NCBI GenBank assembly: GCA_964525455.1
Contig: CAZGHP010000001.1
Span: 8,766 to 72,765 of the forward strand
Direction of reading: 5' to 3'
From: an uncultured Candidatus Saccharibacteria bacterium
Lineage (GTDB): Bacteria > Patescibacteriota > SICC01
DNA length: 64,000 bases
Of the stretch, positions 28,121-37,247 are shown in pieces. The notes beneath the pieces were generated by a model, which was not told where the DNA came from, made no database searches, and saw only the letters and a program-made list of their open reading frames with translations. Each line of letters opens with the position of its first letter. Position 1 is the first letter of the stretch. The position numbers and the translations under genes were made by a program.

Positions 28121-28169
28121 TTGCAGCCGGACCGCAGGCAGCCGTATACTCAAGGCAACGAGGCAATTC

Positions 28170-29435
28170 GTGACCCCGAAGAAATCGACCAAAAAAAGCA
28201 TCTCACGCACCCGCCGGGCACCCCGTGTTCCCAAGGTGAAGATTCCTGAGTCCCGTTCCGGCAAGATCGCCGCAGGCGTAGTGGCCGGCTTGGTACTGCT
28301 CTATTTCGTCTACGCGATCATCCTCTACACCACCGGCGGCAGCGACGGCCTTACGCGGTTCGTCTCGCACTTCGCCTACTATCCGGCGGCCAAGACGTTC
28401 ACGCCGGACTACCTCTGGTGGTTCCTCGGCGGCCTGCTCTCGACGCTGGTGCTCGTGGGTACCGTCCTGAAGTTCGCGTGGTACGGCCTCGCCGGCAAGG
28501 TGATGGCACCGAAGAAGGCGGTCATCCTCGGGGTCGTGGCGGTGCTGGCCTGCCTTTCGCAGATCTGGCTGCCGCCCGTGACCGAAGTGTCGGTCAGCTA
28601 CGGTTCGTATCTCGAGCGGGCCAAGACGCTGGAGAAGATCCAAGGTGCCCAGCAGCAGGCACAGGGGCTTCCGTCCGTACCGGAGGTAGCGCTGCAGGCG
28701 CAGGCCTTGCAGCAGCAGGTCGCCTCCGCGATCACCCAGCAGGAGTCCACCAAACTCGGCGTGTCCGTGAAGGACAGCAAGGTCGAGGAAGCGTACGACC
28801 AGCAGGCCGAGAAGGTCCAAGGTGAGGACGAGCTCAAGCGACTGCTCCGTGAGCGTCTGGGCTGGTCAGTCGGGGAGTACAAGGAAGAGCTTCGCGACAA
28901 CGTGTTGATCCAGGAGGCGCTGAACGAAAAGATCTCGTCCGACGAGGACCTCAACCGCGATGCGCGGGAGAAGGCGGACGGGGCCAAGCAGCGGCTGGAT
29001 AAGAAGGAAAGCTTCGCGGCGGTCGCCAAGGACGTTTCCGAGGATCCGACGGCCAAGGAAGGCGGGTCGATCGGCGAACTCAAGCGTGGGGAAATGGATC
29101 CTGCGATCGAGAAGGTCGCTTTCGAGCTTAAGGTCGGCGCGGTGAGTGACGTAATCAGGACCCAGCAGGGCTTCGTGATTATCCAAGTGGAGAGTCGTGA
29201 TGAGGGTTCCGTCGAACTCAATCAGATCACCGTGGTCGGGAAGTCGGTCGCGACATACTTCCAGGAGATCCTTCCCAAGACGACCGTGTGGGTGCTGGTG
29301 AACGGCCTGAAATGGGACGACACGCTCTTCGCGGTCCAGCCGACGGAACAGCCGCAGCCGCAGCCGGGTGCCGTGCAGACCGCGCCGGCGGGGGCAGCTT
29401 CTCCACAACCGCCGGCAGCCTCGCCCGCCTCCTAG
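28170..29435 (+). CDS. membrane-anchored PpiC/parvulin-type peptidyl-prolyl isomerase (SurA/PrsA-like)
   Basis: N-terminal TM. Parvulin domain FAAVAKDVSEDPTAKEGGSIGEL...DVIRTQQGFVIIQV. In-frame GTG at 28170 has a GAGG RBS; the longer ORF from 28095 is the alternative. Confidence 0.7.
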   Translation: MTPKKSTKKSISRTRRAPRVPKVKIPESRSGKIAAGVVAGLVLLYFVYAIILYTTGGSDGLTRFVSHFAYYPAAKTFTPDYLWWFLGGLLSTLVLVGTVLKFAWYGLAGKVMAPKKAVILGVVAVLACLSQIWLPPVTEVSVSYGSYLERAKTLEKIQGAQQQAQGLPSVPEVALQAQALQQQVASAITQQESTKLGVSVKDSKVEEAYDQQAEKVQGEDELKRLLRERLGWSVGEYKEELRDNVLIQEALNEKISSDEDLNRDAREKADGAKQRLDKKESFAAVAKDVSEDPTAKEGGSIGELKRGEMDPAIEKVAFELKVGAVSDVIRTQQGFVIIQVESRDEGSVELNQITVVGKSVATYFQEILPKTTVWVLVNGLKWDDTLFAVQPTEQPQPQPGAVQTAPAGAASPQPPAASPAS

Positions 29436-29512
29436 TCCGCGGCAGCCTCGCTTCCGAAGGGGAAATCCCGATATACTGGTACGGTACGCATCGTATCGGT
29501 GCCTACACGCCT

Positions 29513-29590
29513 GGGGGCGTAGCTCAGTCTGGTTAGAGCGCCTGCCTGTCACGCAGGAGGTCGCCGGTTCGAGTCCGGTCGTCCCCGCCA
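29513..29590 (+). tRNA. tRNA-Asp (anticodon GTC), CCA encoded
   Basis: GGGGGCG/CGTCCCC acceptor, GGTTCGAGTCC T-arm, anticodon loop CTGTCAC. Confidence 0.85.
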
Positions 29591-29596
29591 CGAATC

Positions 29597-29626
29597 AAAA
29601 AGTGTCTTTACAGAGGCACTTTTTGA
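29597..29626 (+). terminator. stem-loop AAAAAGTG...CACTTTTTG after tRNA-Asp
   Basis: Inverted A-run and T-run around a GC stem. Confidence 0.45.
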
Positions 29627-29648
29627 TGTTATGATATCCCGCCTTAAC

Positions 29649-29666
29649 AACTTGGCTAACCGGCCA
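29649..29666. repeat. left arm of an 18-bp perfect inverted repeat (AACTTGGCTAACCGGCCA)
   Basis: Exact reverse complement of 30405-30422. Confidence 0.7.
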
Positions 29667-29702
29667 CCATTCTTTTATCCATCAAGCGATCCGGGAGGAA
29701 AC

Positions 29703-30338
29703 ATGGCCAATATATGGAAGGCTGCCTTATGCGCCTTGCTGCTCATCGCGTTCGTCTTTGCGGTGATGTGGCCTTTCCCCTCCGGTGACGGGGACTCGCC
29801 GCGTGAGTCGTCCGGCACCGCCGCGACCGGGGAGCTGTCCACGGTAAAGGGCGTACGGATTCCCCTGGGCACTAGCGCAGAGGAGTACCCGGACGTCGTC
29901 AACGACCCTGCCTGCCGACCCATCAAACCGGGAGCGGTAGTGGGAGATCCATCCGGCCGCTACAGCTGCGGGAGCGATAATCCATTCGAGGCGGGCGGAT
30001 ACCGTCACTTGAACACCCTTGACCGTGAGTGCTATTCACGGGGTCGTCCGTGCGTATACGCGATGACGGTCAGCAAAGATGCTTCCGTAGCGTTCAAGCG
30101 ACGGTTCAGTGCCGATCCGTGTGGAATCGTACGGCATCGTCAGGTTCAGGCCTGGCGAAAGGTCATGCGGCATACACCACCCCGACACCGGCCTGACCAT
30201 CGGTGGGTTCCGACAAAGTGCATTGCCACCGGCGACCTCGCTTTCTTCAACGGTCTGGTTCCTGGCGGCAAGCAACCCGATCCGAAACCCTACGATCCCA
30301 GCAGCGCCACAAACCTCTCCAACCCCAACGACTGGTAG
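29703..30338 (+). CDS. secreted Cys-rich protein (8 Cys), hypothetical
   Basis: GGGAGGAAAC RBS before the ATG at 29703, followed by a signal peptide. GC is slightly lower than the flanks. Confidence 0.4.
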   Translation: MANIWKAALCALLLIAFVFAVMWPFPSGDGDSPRESSGTAATGELSTVKGVRIPLGTSAEEYPDVVNDPACRPIKPGAVVGDPSGRYSCGSDNPFEAGGYRHLNTLDRECYSRGRPCVYAMTVSKDASVAFKRRFSADPCGIVRHRQVQAWRKVMRHTPPRHRPDHRWVPTKCIATGDLAFFNGLVPGGKQPDPKPYDPSSATNLSNPNDW

Positions 30339-30404
30339 TGAATGGTGGCATCGGCAGCCCGGATTTTCTTTTTAGATATTCGGGCTGCCATCCACTTTTA
30401 GTGA

Positions 30405-30422
30405 TGGCCGGTTAGCCAAGTT
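30405..30422. repeat. right arm of the 18-bp perfect inverted repeat (TGGCCGGTTAGCCAAGTT)
   Basis: Exact reverse complement of 29649-29666. Confidence 0.7.
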
Positions 30423-30679
30423 AGCCTCGAGCCTTGTCGCAATGCCCTGACAACCCCTGATCGGTTTGTGAGGCTTATTCCATAGTGCCGATTGAGCCAG
30501 GACTGGGCGAATATCCGCCTTGCTCGGACGTCAGGTAAGCGACTGATTACCCACCGCTTCCCTTCGGGGGTGCTCAGCGTCCCGCCTGCCGCCCCGCTTA
30601 CCCTCAACCGTTCGGTTGTGCCACAATGAACCCGACGTAAGACAAACGCACCTCGAACAATCAGAAAGGGGGTGGCCGG

Positions 30680-31267
30680 ATGGATTCGGTCGTGCCGTTC
30701 CTCATTGCCTTGCTCATCGGGCGGCAGAACGCAGTCGTCGTCGCAGACGCGACCGGGATGCCTTACTGGCACACCCTCGTCCTGACGGCGGCATTCTTCT
30801 TCGCCGTCGCATGTGTGCTGACCGGGTTGAGTCATCTGCCTCCGCTCGCGCGCAGGATACGGGAGCTTCAGCAGTCTCGTTGGGGACGCGGCGTGGTCCG
30901 GGTCGTGCGACCTCGCTGGCGGGGCGTCGTGGTGATCCCCTTGTGCCTGCTGCCGCTCGGACCGCTCCTGGCTCTCGCCCTGATGGCGATCTGGCAGTTC
31001 CGAGCAGTGACCCAGGTCATCCTGGTGACGATCGGCGGCACCGTTTCGTACGCTGTGTATGGGGCGATCATGGCACCGTTCCTTGACCTGCTGGGTACCA
31101 GGAACGTCGTCATCCTCATCGTGATTGCATTCCTGTTGGGTCGCGTCCTCAAGTCCTACTCGCACCTGATGTGGCGGATCGTCGATTGGTTACGGTCAGG
31201 AACCGGCCTGGCACCCCGTACCTACCGTCGAGCGTGTGACCGCTTTAGCTGGTCAACCACCCGCTGA
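30680..31267 (+). CDS. polytopic membrane protein, hypothetical
   Basis: AAAGGGGGTG RBS; 5-6 hydrophobic helices. The overlapping minus-strand ORF is low-complexity and was rejected. Confidence 0.4.
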   Translation: MDSVVPFLIALLIGRQNAVVVADATGMPYWHTLVLTAAFFFAVACVLTGLSHLPPLARRIRELQQSRWGRGVVRVVRPRWRGVVVIPLCLLPLGPLLALALMAIWQFRAVTQVILVTIGGTVSYAVYGAIMAPFLDLLGTRNVVILIVIAFLLGRVLKSYSHLMWRIVDWLRSGTGLAPRTYRRACDRFSWSTTR

Positions 31268-31391
31268 TATGTCGAAGACACCCTTTGGGTCATCCTGATC
31301 CTCAGGGTTTCTTCGTTTATGAAGCCAAAAGATCGGCCCGCATGGTACTATCGGTAGCTATGCAGCGGGCAACTGAAACCGGTCAGGACTG

Positions 31392-33275
31392 ATGGTTGAT
31401 AAAGCCGCGCCGGACGAAGCGCAGGGGCGGGCGGCGGCTATCGAGGCGTTCGAGTCGATCGGCCGAGAGGACTGGGAACGTATCGTGGAGGCGCTGGAAA
31501 GCGAAGCGTCTCCGGCCACGGCGGATTGGCGGAGCCTGGAGTCGGAACGTACTCCCGCGGAGGTGCTTGAGCAGCTCGCCCGGGTGAAGGTGGCCGTCCC
31601 GGGGAACAACCAGCAGGTCCACAAGCACCATCACAACCGGACGGTAGAGAACCACATCAAGCTCGCGTTGGAGGTCGCCGGTTCCAAGCCGCACCTGGAG
31701 ACGTTTCTAGAAATCGTGAAGGCACGGCTGGAATCTCGACCAGGGCCGCAACAGGAATTACTGGCGCGGCAAGCCCTGCTGCTCTGGGCACCGGCCGCGG
31801 AGATCATCGGGGACTACCGGACGAAGATCGATCTGGAAAACCTTTCTTTCCCGATACTCTACCCGCAGGAGACCCGGAAGATCGAAAAGACGTACGAATT
31901 CCTCGGTGGTGAGGAAGCGATCGACGCCGCGGCGGAGGAATACGGCAGCTTCGTCCGCAGCCTGTTGGAAAGCGAGGTTCCCGGGCTGACAGGACACCTG
32001 ACCGTGCAGTCACGGCGGAAAAGTTACTATAATATCTGGCGCCGGTCCATGAAGGAGGGCCGGCCGGATTACCGCCTGCCCGACTTCTTCGGGGTACGGG
32101 CGATCGTGGACTCGGGTATCGGCGAGCCGGAGGCGGTCAAGTATTGCTATGCGGCGGCGGGCGTACTTGGCGAGCTGTTCGAGCCCGCGCCGCAATGGCA
32201 ACGCGACTACATCACCCGGCCGAAGCCGAACGGGTACCAGAGCATCCACCTGGACCTGGAAGAGGGAGAATCGCGCCTGGAGGTACAGATCAGGACGTCC
32301 GACATGCACCGGCGCGCCGAATCGGATGCGGATACGTCACACATGGCCTATGAAGCCTGGACGAAGATTACCCCCGGGAGATTGTTCCAGCCGGGATTGG
32401 CCAAACCTCCTGCTGTCGTACGGTGGCGTGACGAGACGGCGGAACGGATACGCACCAGTGATGACGGTTCGCTGGTCGGGCATCGCCCGGACCGGGTCCT
32501 GGCGTTCACGCCGGACGGTAATCTCTATGAGATGGCCGCGAGCGACACGTTGCTCGACTTCGCGTTCGCCGTCCATGACCGGCGGGCGTTGCGCACCGAA
32601 CGGATCGTCGTCAACGGCTCCCAGGCTGCTTTCGACAGCGCGGTCCGGATGGGTGACTGCGTCGAGATCGCTTATGACCGGGAACTGCGGTGGACCGACG
32701 ATTGGTCTGGCAAGGTACAGTCCGACCGGGCTCGCAAGCGGCTGCGTCGCGCGCATCGTGAAAGACACGCCGAAGCATTCCGGCAGGTTGCGGTCACGGA
32801 TGTCGAGGGGGTGTTCGAGCGGCTTGGTATCGATAATCCGCTCAATATCCTCACTGACAAAGACGAGCGGAGACTGGCCCGGAAATATGCCGTGCGGGAC
32901 TTCGATATGGTCTTGCAGAAGATCGGTGCCGGTGAAGAAGCGCCGGGGCGGGTGATCAATCAAGTCCAACGGCGGCTCGAGCAGCAGCAAGGCGAGCCGC
33001 CTGAGACGGCCACTGATCTGTTCGAGCAGGTAAGCGGCGTTCGGGAGGAAGCCAGCGAAGTGGCGATTACCGGAATCCACGGCTGTGAGTATCACCTTGC
33101 CGGCTGTTGCGCTCCTACTCCCGGGACGTCGGAGATCATGGCGGCCGCGAGCCAGCGTCGCGGGGCCCTGACGATCCATCGGGCGGACTGCGGACAGCTC
33201 GATCGGGAGCGCGCGTTCGTCTGTAGCTGGACGGAACCGACCCGGGAGGGAGATCAGGCTACGGCAGCGGATTAA
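31392..33275 (+). CDS. relA: RelA/SpoT family (p)ppGpp synthetase with a degenerate N-terminal HD region, TGS domain and C-terminal Cys-rich/ACT region
   Basis: Synthetase motifs YQSIHLDL and EVQIRTSDMHRRAE; TGS VLAFTPDGNLYEM...DFAFAVH; conserved C-terminal C..C...C cluster. The HD catalytic dyad is not recognisable. Confidence 0.8.
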   Translation: MVDKAAPDEAQGRAAAIEAFESIGREDWERIVEALESEASPATADWRSLESERTPAEVLEQLARVKVAVPGNNQQVHKHHHNRTVENHIKLALEVAGSKPHLETFLEIVKARLESRPGPQQELLARQALLLWAPAAEIIGDYRTKIDLENLSFPILYPQETRKIEKTYEFLGGEEAIDAAAEEYGSFVRSLLESEVPGLTGHLTVQSRRKSYYNIWRRSMKEGRPDYRLPDFFGVRAIVDSGIGEPEAVKYCYAAAGVLGELFEPAPQWQRDYITRPKPNGYQSIHLDLEEGESRLEVQIRTSDMHRRAESDADTSHMAYEAWTKITPGRLFQPGLAKPPAVVRWRDETAERIRTSDDGSLVGHRPDRVLAFTPDGNLYEMAASDTLLDFAFAVHDRRALRTERIVVNGSQAAFDSAVRMGDCVEIAYDRELRWTDDWSGKVQSDRARKRLRRAHRERHAEAFRQVAVTDVEGVFERLGIDNPLNILTDKDERRLARKYAVRDFDMVLQKIGAGEEAPGRVINQVQRRLEQQQGEPPETATDLFEQVSGVREEASEVAITGIHGCEYHLAGCCAPTPGTSEIMAAASQRRGALTIHRADCGQLDRERAFVCSWTEPTREGDQATAAD

Positions 33276-33739
33276 CGGGTGCCGCGGGCCCGGTGCTCCA
33301 GTTGCTGCACGCGCCGGTCGTGGCGGCCGCCGCCGAAATCCGTCTCCAGGAATGCCGTGATGATCGGCCCGGCGTCCTCGGCCGAAAGTCGGCGGCCCGC
33401 CAGCGTCAAGACGTTGATGTCGTTATGCTCGCGGGCCAGCCGGGCCTCTTCCGGGTCATGGGCGTTGACCGCCCGCACGCCGGCTGTCTTGTTCGCCGCG
33501 ATCGCCACGCCGTTGCCCGAGCCGCACACGAGGATTCCCCGGCCGTCGCCGGCAGCTACGTGCCTTGCTACCGCACGCGCGATCGACGGATAGTCGACCG
33601 ACTCCTCGCTGTCGGTACCGACGTCCCGTACGGCGTATCCGTGCCCGGCCAGCACCTGCTTCACCGCCTCCTTGAGCCGGAACCCGCCGTGGTCGGCACC
33701 GATGATGATCACATCGTCCATCTGCCTTTCACTGTACAC
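33272..33739 (-). CDS. rpiB: ribose-5-phosphate isomerase B (RpiB/LacAB family)
   Basis: IIIGADHGGF and VCGSGNGVAIAANK motifs. Confidence 0.88.
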   Translation of the reverse strand: MYSERQMDDVIIIGADHGGFRLKEAVKQVLAGHGYAVRDVGTDSEESVDYPSIARAVARHVAAGDGRGILVCGSGNGVAIAANKTAGVRAVNAHDPEEARLAREHNDINVLTLAGRRLSAEDAGPIITAFLETDFGGGRHDRRVQQLEHRARGTR

Positions 33740-33774
33740 CGGTCCGCCGGATGCTTTTGCTATGATGAGGCCGA

Positions 33775-34815
33775 ATGGACACCACGCACACCGCCCCGAT
33801 TGCGCAAGGCCTGCCCTCGGCGTTGAAGGTAGACGACGATTCCAAGCAGTTGATGGTGACCGCCGGCCGCGCCAGCCGTGAACTTGGCAACGCGATCGCC
33901 GGCAAGCTCGGGGTCACGTTGGTAGATCCGGGACTGAAGACGTTCTCTGACGGGGAAGTCTACTGCCGGTACACCAAGTCGATCCGGGGTGCCGATCTCT
34001 TCATCGTTCAGTCAATCTGTGATAACGAAAGCGAAAAACTGACCGTCAATGATGCCCTGATGGAGCTGATGGTGATGGTCGAGGCGGCCAAGGGTGCTTC
34101 GGCGCGGCGGGTAATCGCCGTCACGCCGTGGTATGGCTACGCCCGTCAGGACAAGAAGTCCGCGCCGCGTGAGCCGATCACCGCACGGCTCGTCGCGCGG
34201 ATGCTCGAGACCGCCGGGGTGGACCGCGTGGTCACGATGGACCTCCACTCCGGCCAGGTGCAGGGATTCTTCACGAAGCCGGTGGACCACATGACGGCGA
34301 TGCCGGTGCTGGCGCAGTACCTGTCCGACCAGTTCAAGCCGAAGGCGGAGATCGCGATCATGGCGCCTGACGCCGGCCGGGCCAAACTAGCCCGGCGCTA
34401 CGCCCAGAAGCTCGGCGTCTCCTATGCCTTGCTTGAGAAGAACCGGCCGGAGCAGCAGAAGGTGAAGATGGGCCACGTGATCGGTGACGTCCGCGGCAAA
34501 TCCGTGGTAATCGTGGACGACATGATCGACACCGGTGGCACGCTGGCGGCTGGTGCGCAGACGGCGATCGACGAAGGAGCGGTCGAGGTATTCGCGCTGG
34601 CGACACACGGTGTGTTCTCCGGCGGCGCTTACGAGAACCTCCGCAAGTCGCCGCTCTCGCAGGTGATCGTGACCGACACGCTCCCGGCCCGCTTGAACAC
34701 GCCCGATTTCATCCACCGCCTGACGGTCTCGGACATCCTGACCAACTCGATCCGGTCGATCTGCACCGACGGATCGGTCTCCGAAATCTTCGCGGGCGAC
34801 AACCAGCTTTTCTGA
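33775..34815 (+). CDS. prs: ribose-phosphate pyrophosphokinase (PRPP synthetase)
   Basis: PWYGYARQDKK and the PRPP-binding loop VVIVDDMIDTGGTL. Confidence 0.92.
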   Translation: MDTTHTAPIAQGLPSALKVDDDSKQLMVTAGRASRELGNAIAGKLGVTLVDPGLKTFSDGEVYCRYTKSIRGADLFIVQSICDNESEKLTVNDALMELMVMVEAAKGASARRVIAVTPWYGYARQDKKSAPREPITARLVARMLETAGVDRVVTMDLHSGQVQGFFTKPVDHMTAMPVLAQYLSDQFKPKAEIAIMAPDAGRAKLARRYAQKLGVSYALLEKNRPEQQKVKMGHVIGDVRGKSVVIVDDMIDTGGTLAAGAQTAIDEGAVEVFALATHGVFSGGAYENLRKSPLSQVIVTDTLPARLNTPDFIHRLTVSDILTNSIRSICTDGSVSEIFAGDNQLF

Positions 34816-35009
34816 GAGCGGTGATTCGGGGCGCTGGCTAATTCACTACGAGCGGCCAATAGATTCCGATATCTTTCAGCCACGCGAACCGCTCTAGGAT
34901 CGGTGAGAAGTATTCTCGGTGAGTTCCGTTCCCGGCCGGCGTCGCGGTCGTGACATGCACACGCCAAGACCCAGAAGCAGCGCGATTCCGAAAGCGATCC
35001 GAGGGACGG

Positions 35010-36140
35010 TCACTCCAGCCGGTTCACGCGGACCAGCTTATCGTCCCCGGGTCGCGCCTTGCCCCGCCCGTCGCGGTTCGAGGTGAACAGGTAGAGCGCT
35101 CCGTCCGGCCCGACCGCCGCCGTCCGGATCCGGCCGAACTCGCCCTGGAAGTATTCACGATCCGCAGCCACGCCGCCGTCTTCGAGCGTCACTTCATGCA
35201 GATGTTCGCCACGCAGCGCTCCGAAGTACAGTTTCCCGTTCCAGAACGTCAACGAGGCCGGTGCCCAGGCCTCCGTGTTGCCGCTGGTGAGGATCGGCGT
35301 ACCGAGGCCGAACCGCGTCTGCTTGCCGGTGATCAGCGGCCAGCCGTAGTTACCGCCGCGCTCGACCCGGTTGAGCTCGTCGCGACAGCAGAGGCCGAAC
35401 TCGCCGCTCGGGCCGTGCTCGGTGGAGAACAGCCGTCCGTCTTCGCTCCACGCCAGCCCCTGAGGGTTGCGGTGGCCATACGACCAGGCCCGGTTGCCGA
35501 ACGGGTTGTCCGGCGGCGCCGAGCCGTCCCGGTCGAGCCGGAGGATCTTGCCGGCCAGGGAGTCCCGCTCCTGGGCCTGATCGGGATCCTGCGCGTCGCC
35601 GGTGGTTACGTAGAGCTTATCGTCCGGACCGAAGCGGAGCCGTCCGCCGTTATGGTTGTTGTTACCGGGGATATCGTTGAGCAGGATACGCGGCTCCACC
35701 AGGCGGTCGGTATCGTCCAGCCGGTAGCGCGCGACCCGGTTCGTCAGGCCGTCGCCAGATCCCTCGCTCACATACAGGTACACGGTCCGGTTCCGTTCGA
35801 AGTCCGGATCGAGTGCCAGGCCTTGGAGCCCGCCTTCGCCGCCTTGGCTGGTCTCGACGGTCAGTACCGGCTCGGGGCGGAGTTTGCCATTCGCCAGCAA
35901 CCGTACCCGGCCCGGCCGTTCGGTGATCAGCGCCCGCGATTCGGATAGGAACGCGATATCCCACGGCACTTCCAGCCCCTCCGCGACCGTTTCGGTCGCC
36001 GGGGTTTTGGGTGTCGGGGTGACGACCGCCGACGGTTCGGTATCGCGAGTCAGCACCACCCCGACCGTTGCCACGGCCGCGGCGATCAGAAGCGCCAAAC
36101 CGGTACCGATCCACGTACGCATACCCCTACCATACTGCAT
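35010..36140 (-). CDS. PQQ-dependent soluble sugar dehydrogenase (SGDH/YliI-like beta-propeller), membrane-anchored
   Basis: HNGGRLRFGPDDKLYVTTGD, GHRNPQGLAW and GGNYGWP motifs. Confidence 0.85.
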   Translation of the reverse strand: MQYGRGMRTWIGTGLALLIAAAVATVGVVLTRDTEPSAVVTPTPKTPATETVAEGLEVPWDIAFLSESRALITERPGRVRLLANGKLRPEPVLTVETSQGGEGGLQGLALDPDFERNRTVYLYVSEGSGDGLTNRVARYRLDDTDRLVEPRILLNDIPGNNNHNGGRLRFGPDDKLYVTTGDAQDPDQAQERDSLAGKILRLDRDGSAPPDNPFGNRAWSYGHRNPQGLAWSEDGRLFSTEHGPSGEFGLCCRDELNRVERGGNYGWPLITGKQTRFGLGTPILTSGNTEAWAPASLTFWNGKLYFGALRGEHLHEVTLEDGGVAADREYFQGEFGRIRTAAVGPDGALYLFTSNRDGRGKARPGDDKLVRVNRLE

Positions 36141-36196
36141 CCGGCCGGACAGTCACCGGTGTCTTGCGCAAGGGTGCCGGGGTATACTGACCCCGC

Positions 36197-37237
36197 ATGG
36201 CGACCAAGCGTTTTCCCGGTTTCATCGATCCACACGTCCATCTGCGGGATCCGGGCGCCACTCAGAAAGAGGACTTCACGAGCGGCACCCGGGCGGCGCT
36301 GGCCGGCGGGTTCACGTTCGTCTGTGATATGCCGAACAACCCCCAGCCCACGGTGTCGCTTGCACGGTTACGGGAGAAGGAACGGCTTGGGGAGGAAAAG
36401 GCCGCCTGCGGTCTCGGTTTCCACTACGGCACTGACGGGAAGAACCTGGAGAGCTTCACGGCCGCCGCCAAGCATCCCCGCGTATTCGGACTGAAAGTCT
36501 ACCTCAATCACACCACCGGCGAGATGCTGATCGAAGACATCGCGGTGCTCCGTGCGATCTTCGAAACCTGGCCGGCGGACAAACCGGTACTGGTACACGC
36601 CGAAGGCGTCCAGCTCGCCGCGGCGCTGTCGCTGGCACACTACTACGACAAACGGCTGCACGTATGCCATATCAGCCAAGCGGTCGAGGTCGAGCTGGTC
36701 CGGGCGGCCAAACGGAAGAAACAGGCGGTGACCGCCGGAGCGTGTCCGCATCACCTCTTCCTGACCGGGGAGGCGCGGGAGACCCACGGTTCCCACGCCG
36801 TAATGAAACCGCCGCTCGGCGAGACCGTGGACCAGGACGCGCTCTGGGAAGGCCTTGCCGACCGGACGGTCGACCTCGTCGAGACGGACCACGCGCCGCA
36901 CACGCTCGAGGAGAAGCAGGCAGACCCGGCACCGTTCGGCGTACCGGGACTGGAGACGGCCGCGCCGTTGCTCTGGAAGGCGGTACACGACGGAAAGCTC
37001 GAGGCCGGCGACGTGCCGCGCCTGTTACACGACGCGGCTCGGAAGATTTTCGCCATTCCGGAACAGCCCGACACGTTCGTGGAGTTGGATCCGGACGAGG
37101 CGTATGAGGTCGACCCGGCTGCGTTCCAATCCAAGGCGAAGTGGTCGCCGTTCGGCGGTTGGACGGCGTACGGCAAGCCGCAGAAAGTGGTATTCCGCGG
37201 CAGGACGGTCATCGAGAACGGGGCGTTCGTCGGGTGA
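36197..37237 (+). CDS. pyrC: short dihydroorotase-like cyclic amidohydrolase (PyrC-like)
   Basis: FIDPHVHLRDPG HxH metal motif, a later DHAPH motif, and it lies directly upstream of pyrB. Confidence 0.7.
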   Translation: MATKRFPGFIDPHVHLRDPGATQKEDFTSGTRAALAGGFTFVCDMPNNPQPTVSLARLREKERLGEEKAACGLGFHYGTDGKNLESFTAAAKHPRVFGLKVYLNHTTGEMLIEDIAVLRAIFETWPADKPVLVHAEGVQLAAALSLAHYYDKRLHVCHISQAVEVELVRAAKRKKQAVTAGACPHHLFLTGEARETHGSHAVMKPPLGETVDQDALWEGLADRTVDLVETDHAPHTLEEKQADPAPFGVPGLETAAPLLWKAVHDGKLEAGDVPRLLHDAARKIFAIPEQPDTFVELDPDEAYEVDPAAFQSKAKWSPFGGWTAYGKPQKVVFRGRTVIENGAFVG

Positions 37238-37247
37238 GGTCCCTCTG

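Noticed and set aside
28095-28169. Longer N-terminal extension of the PpiC-type isomerase ORF
   Set aside because: It would overlap the GT4 gene by 26 nt and encodes an Arg and Ser-rich segment. The in-frame GTG at 28170 with a GAGG RBS is preferred; the longer form remains the alternative
30398-31165. 255-aa minus-strand ORF
   Set aside because: His, Asp, Glu and Arg-rich low-complexity translation and no RBS. The plus-strand membrane protein at 30680-31267 has a strong RBS
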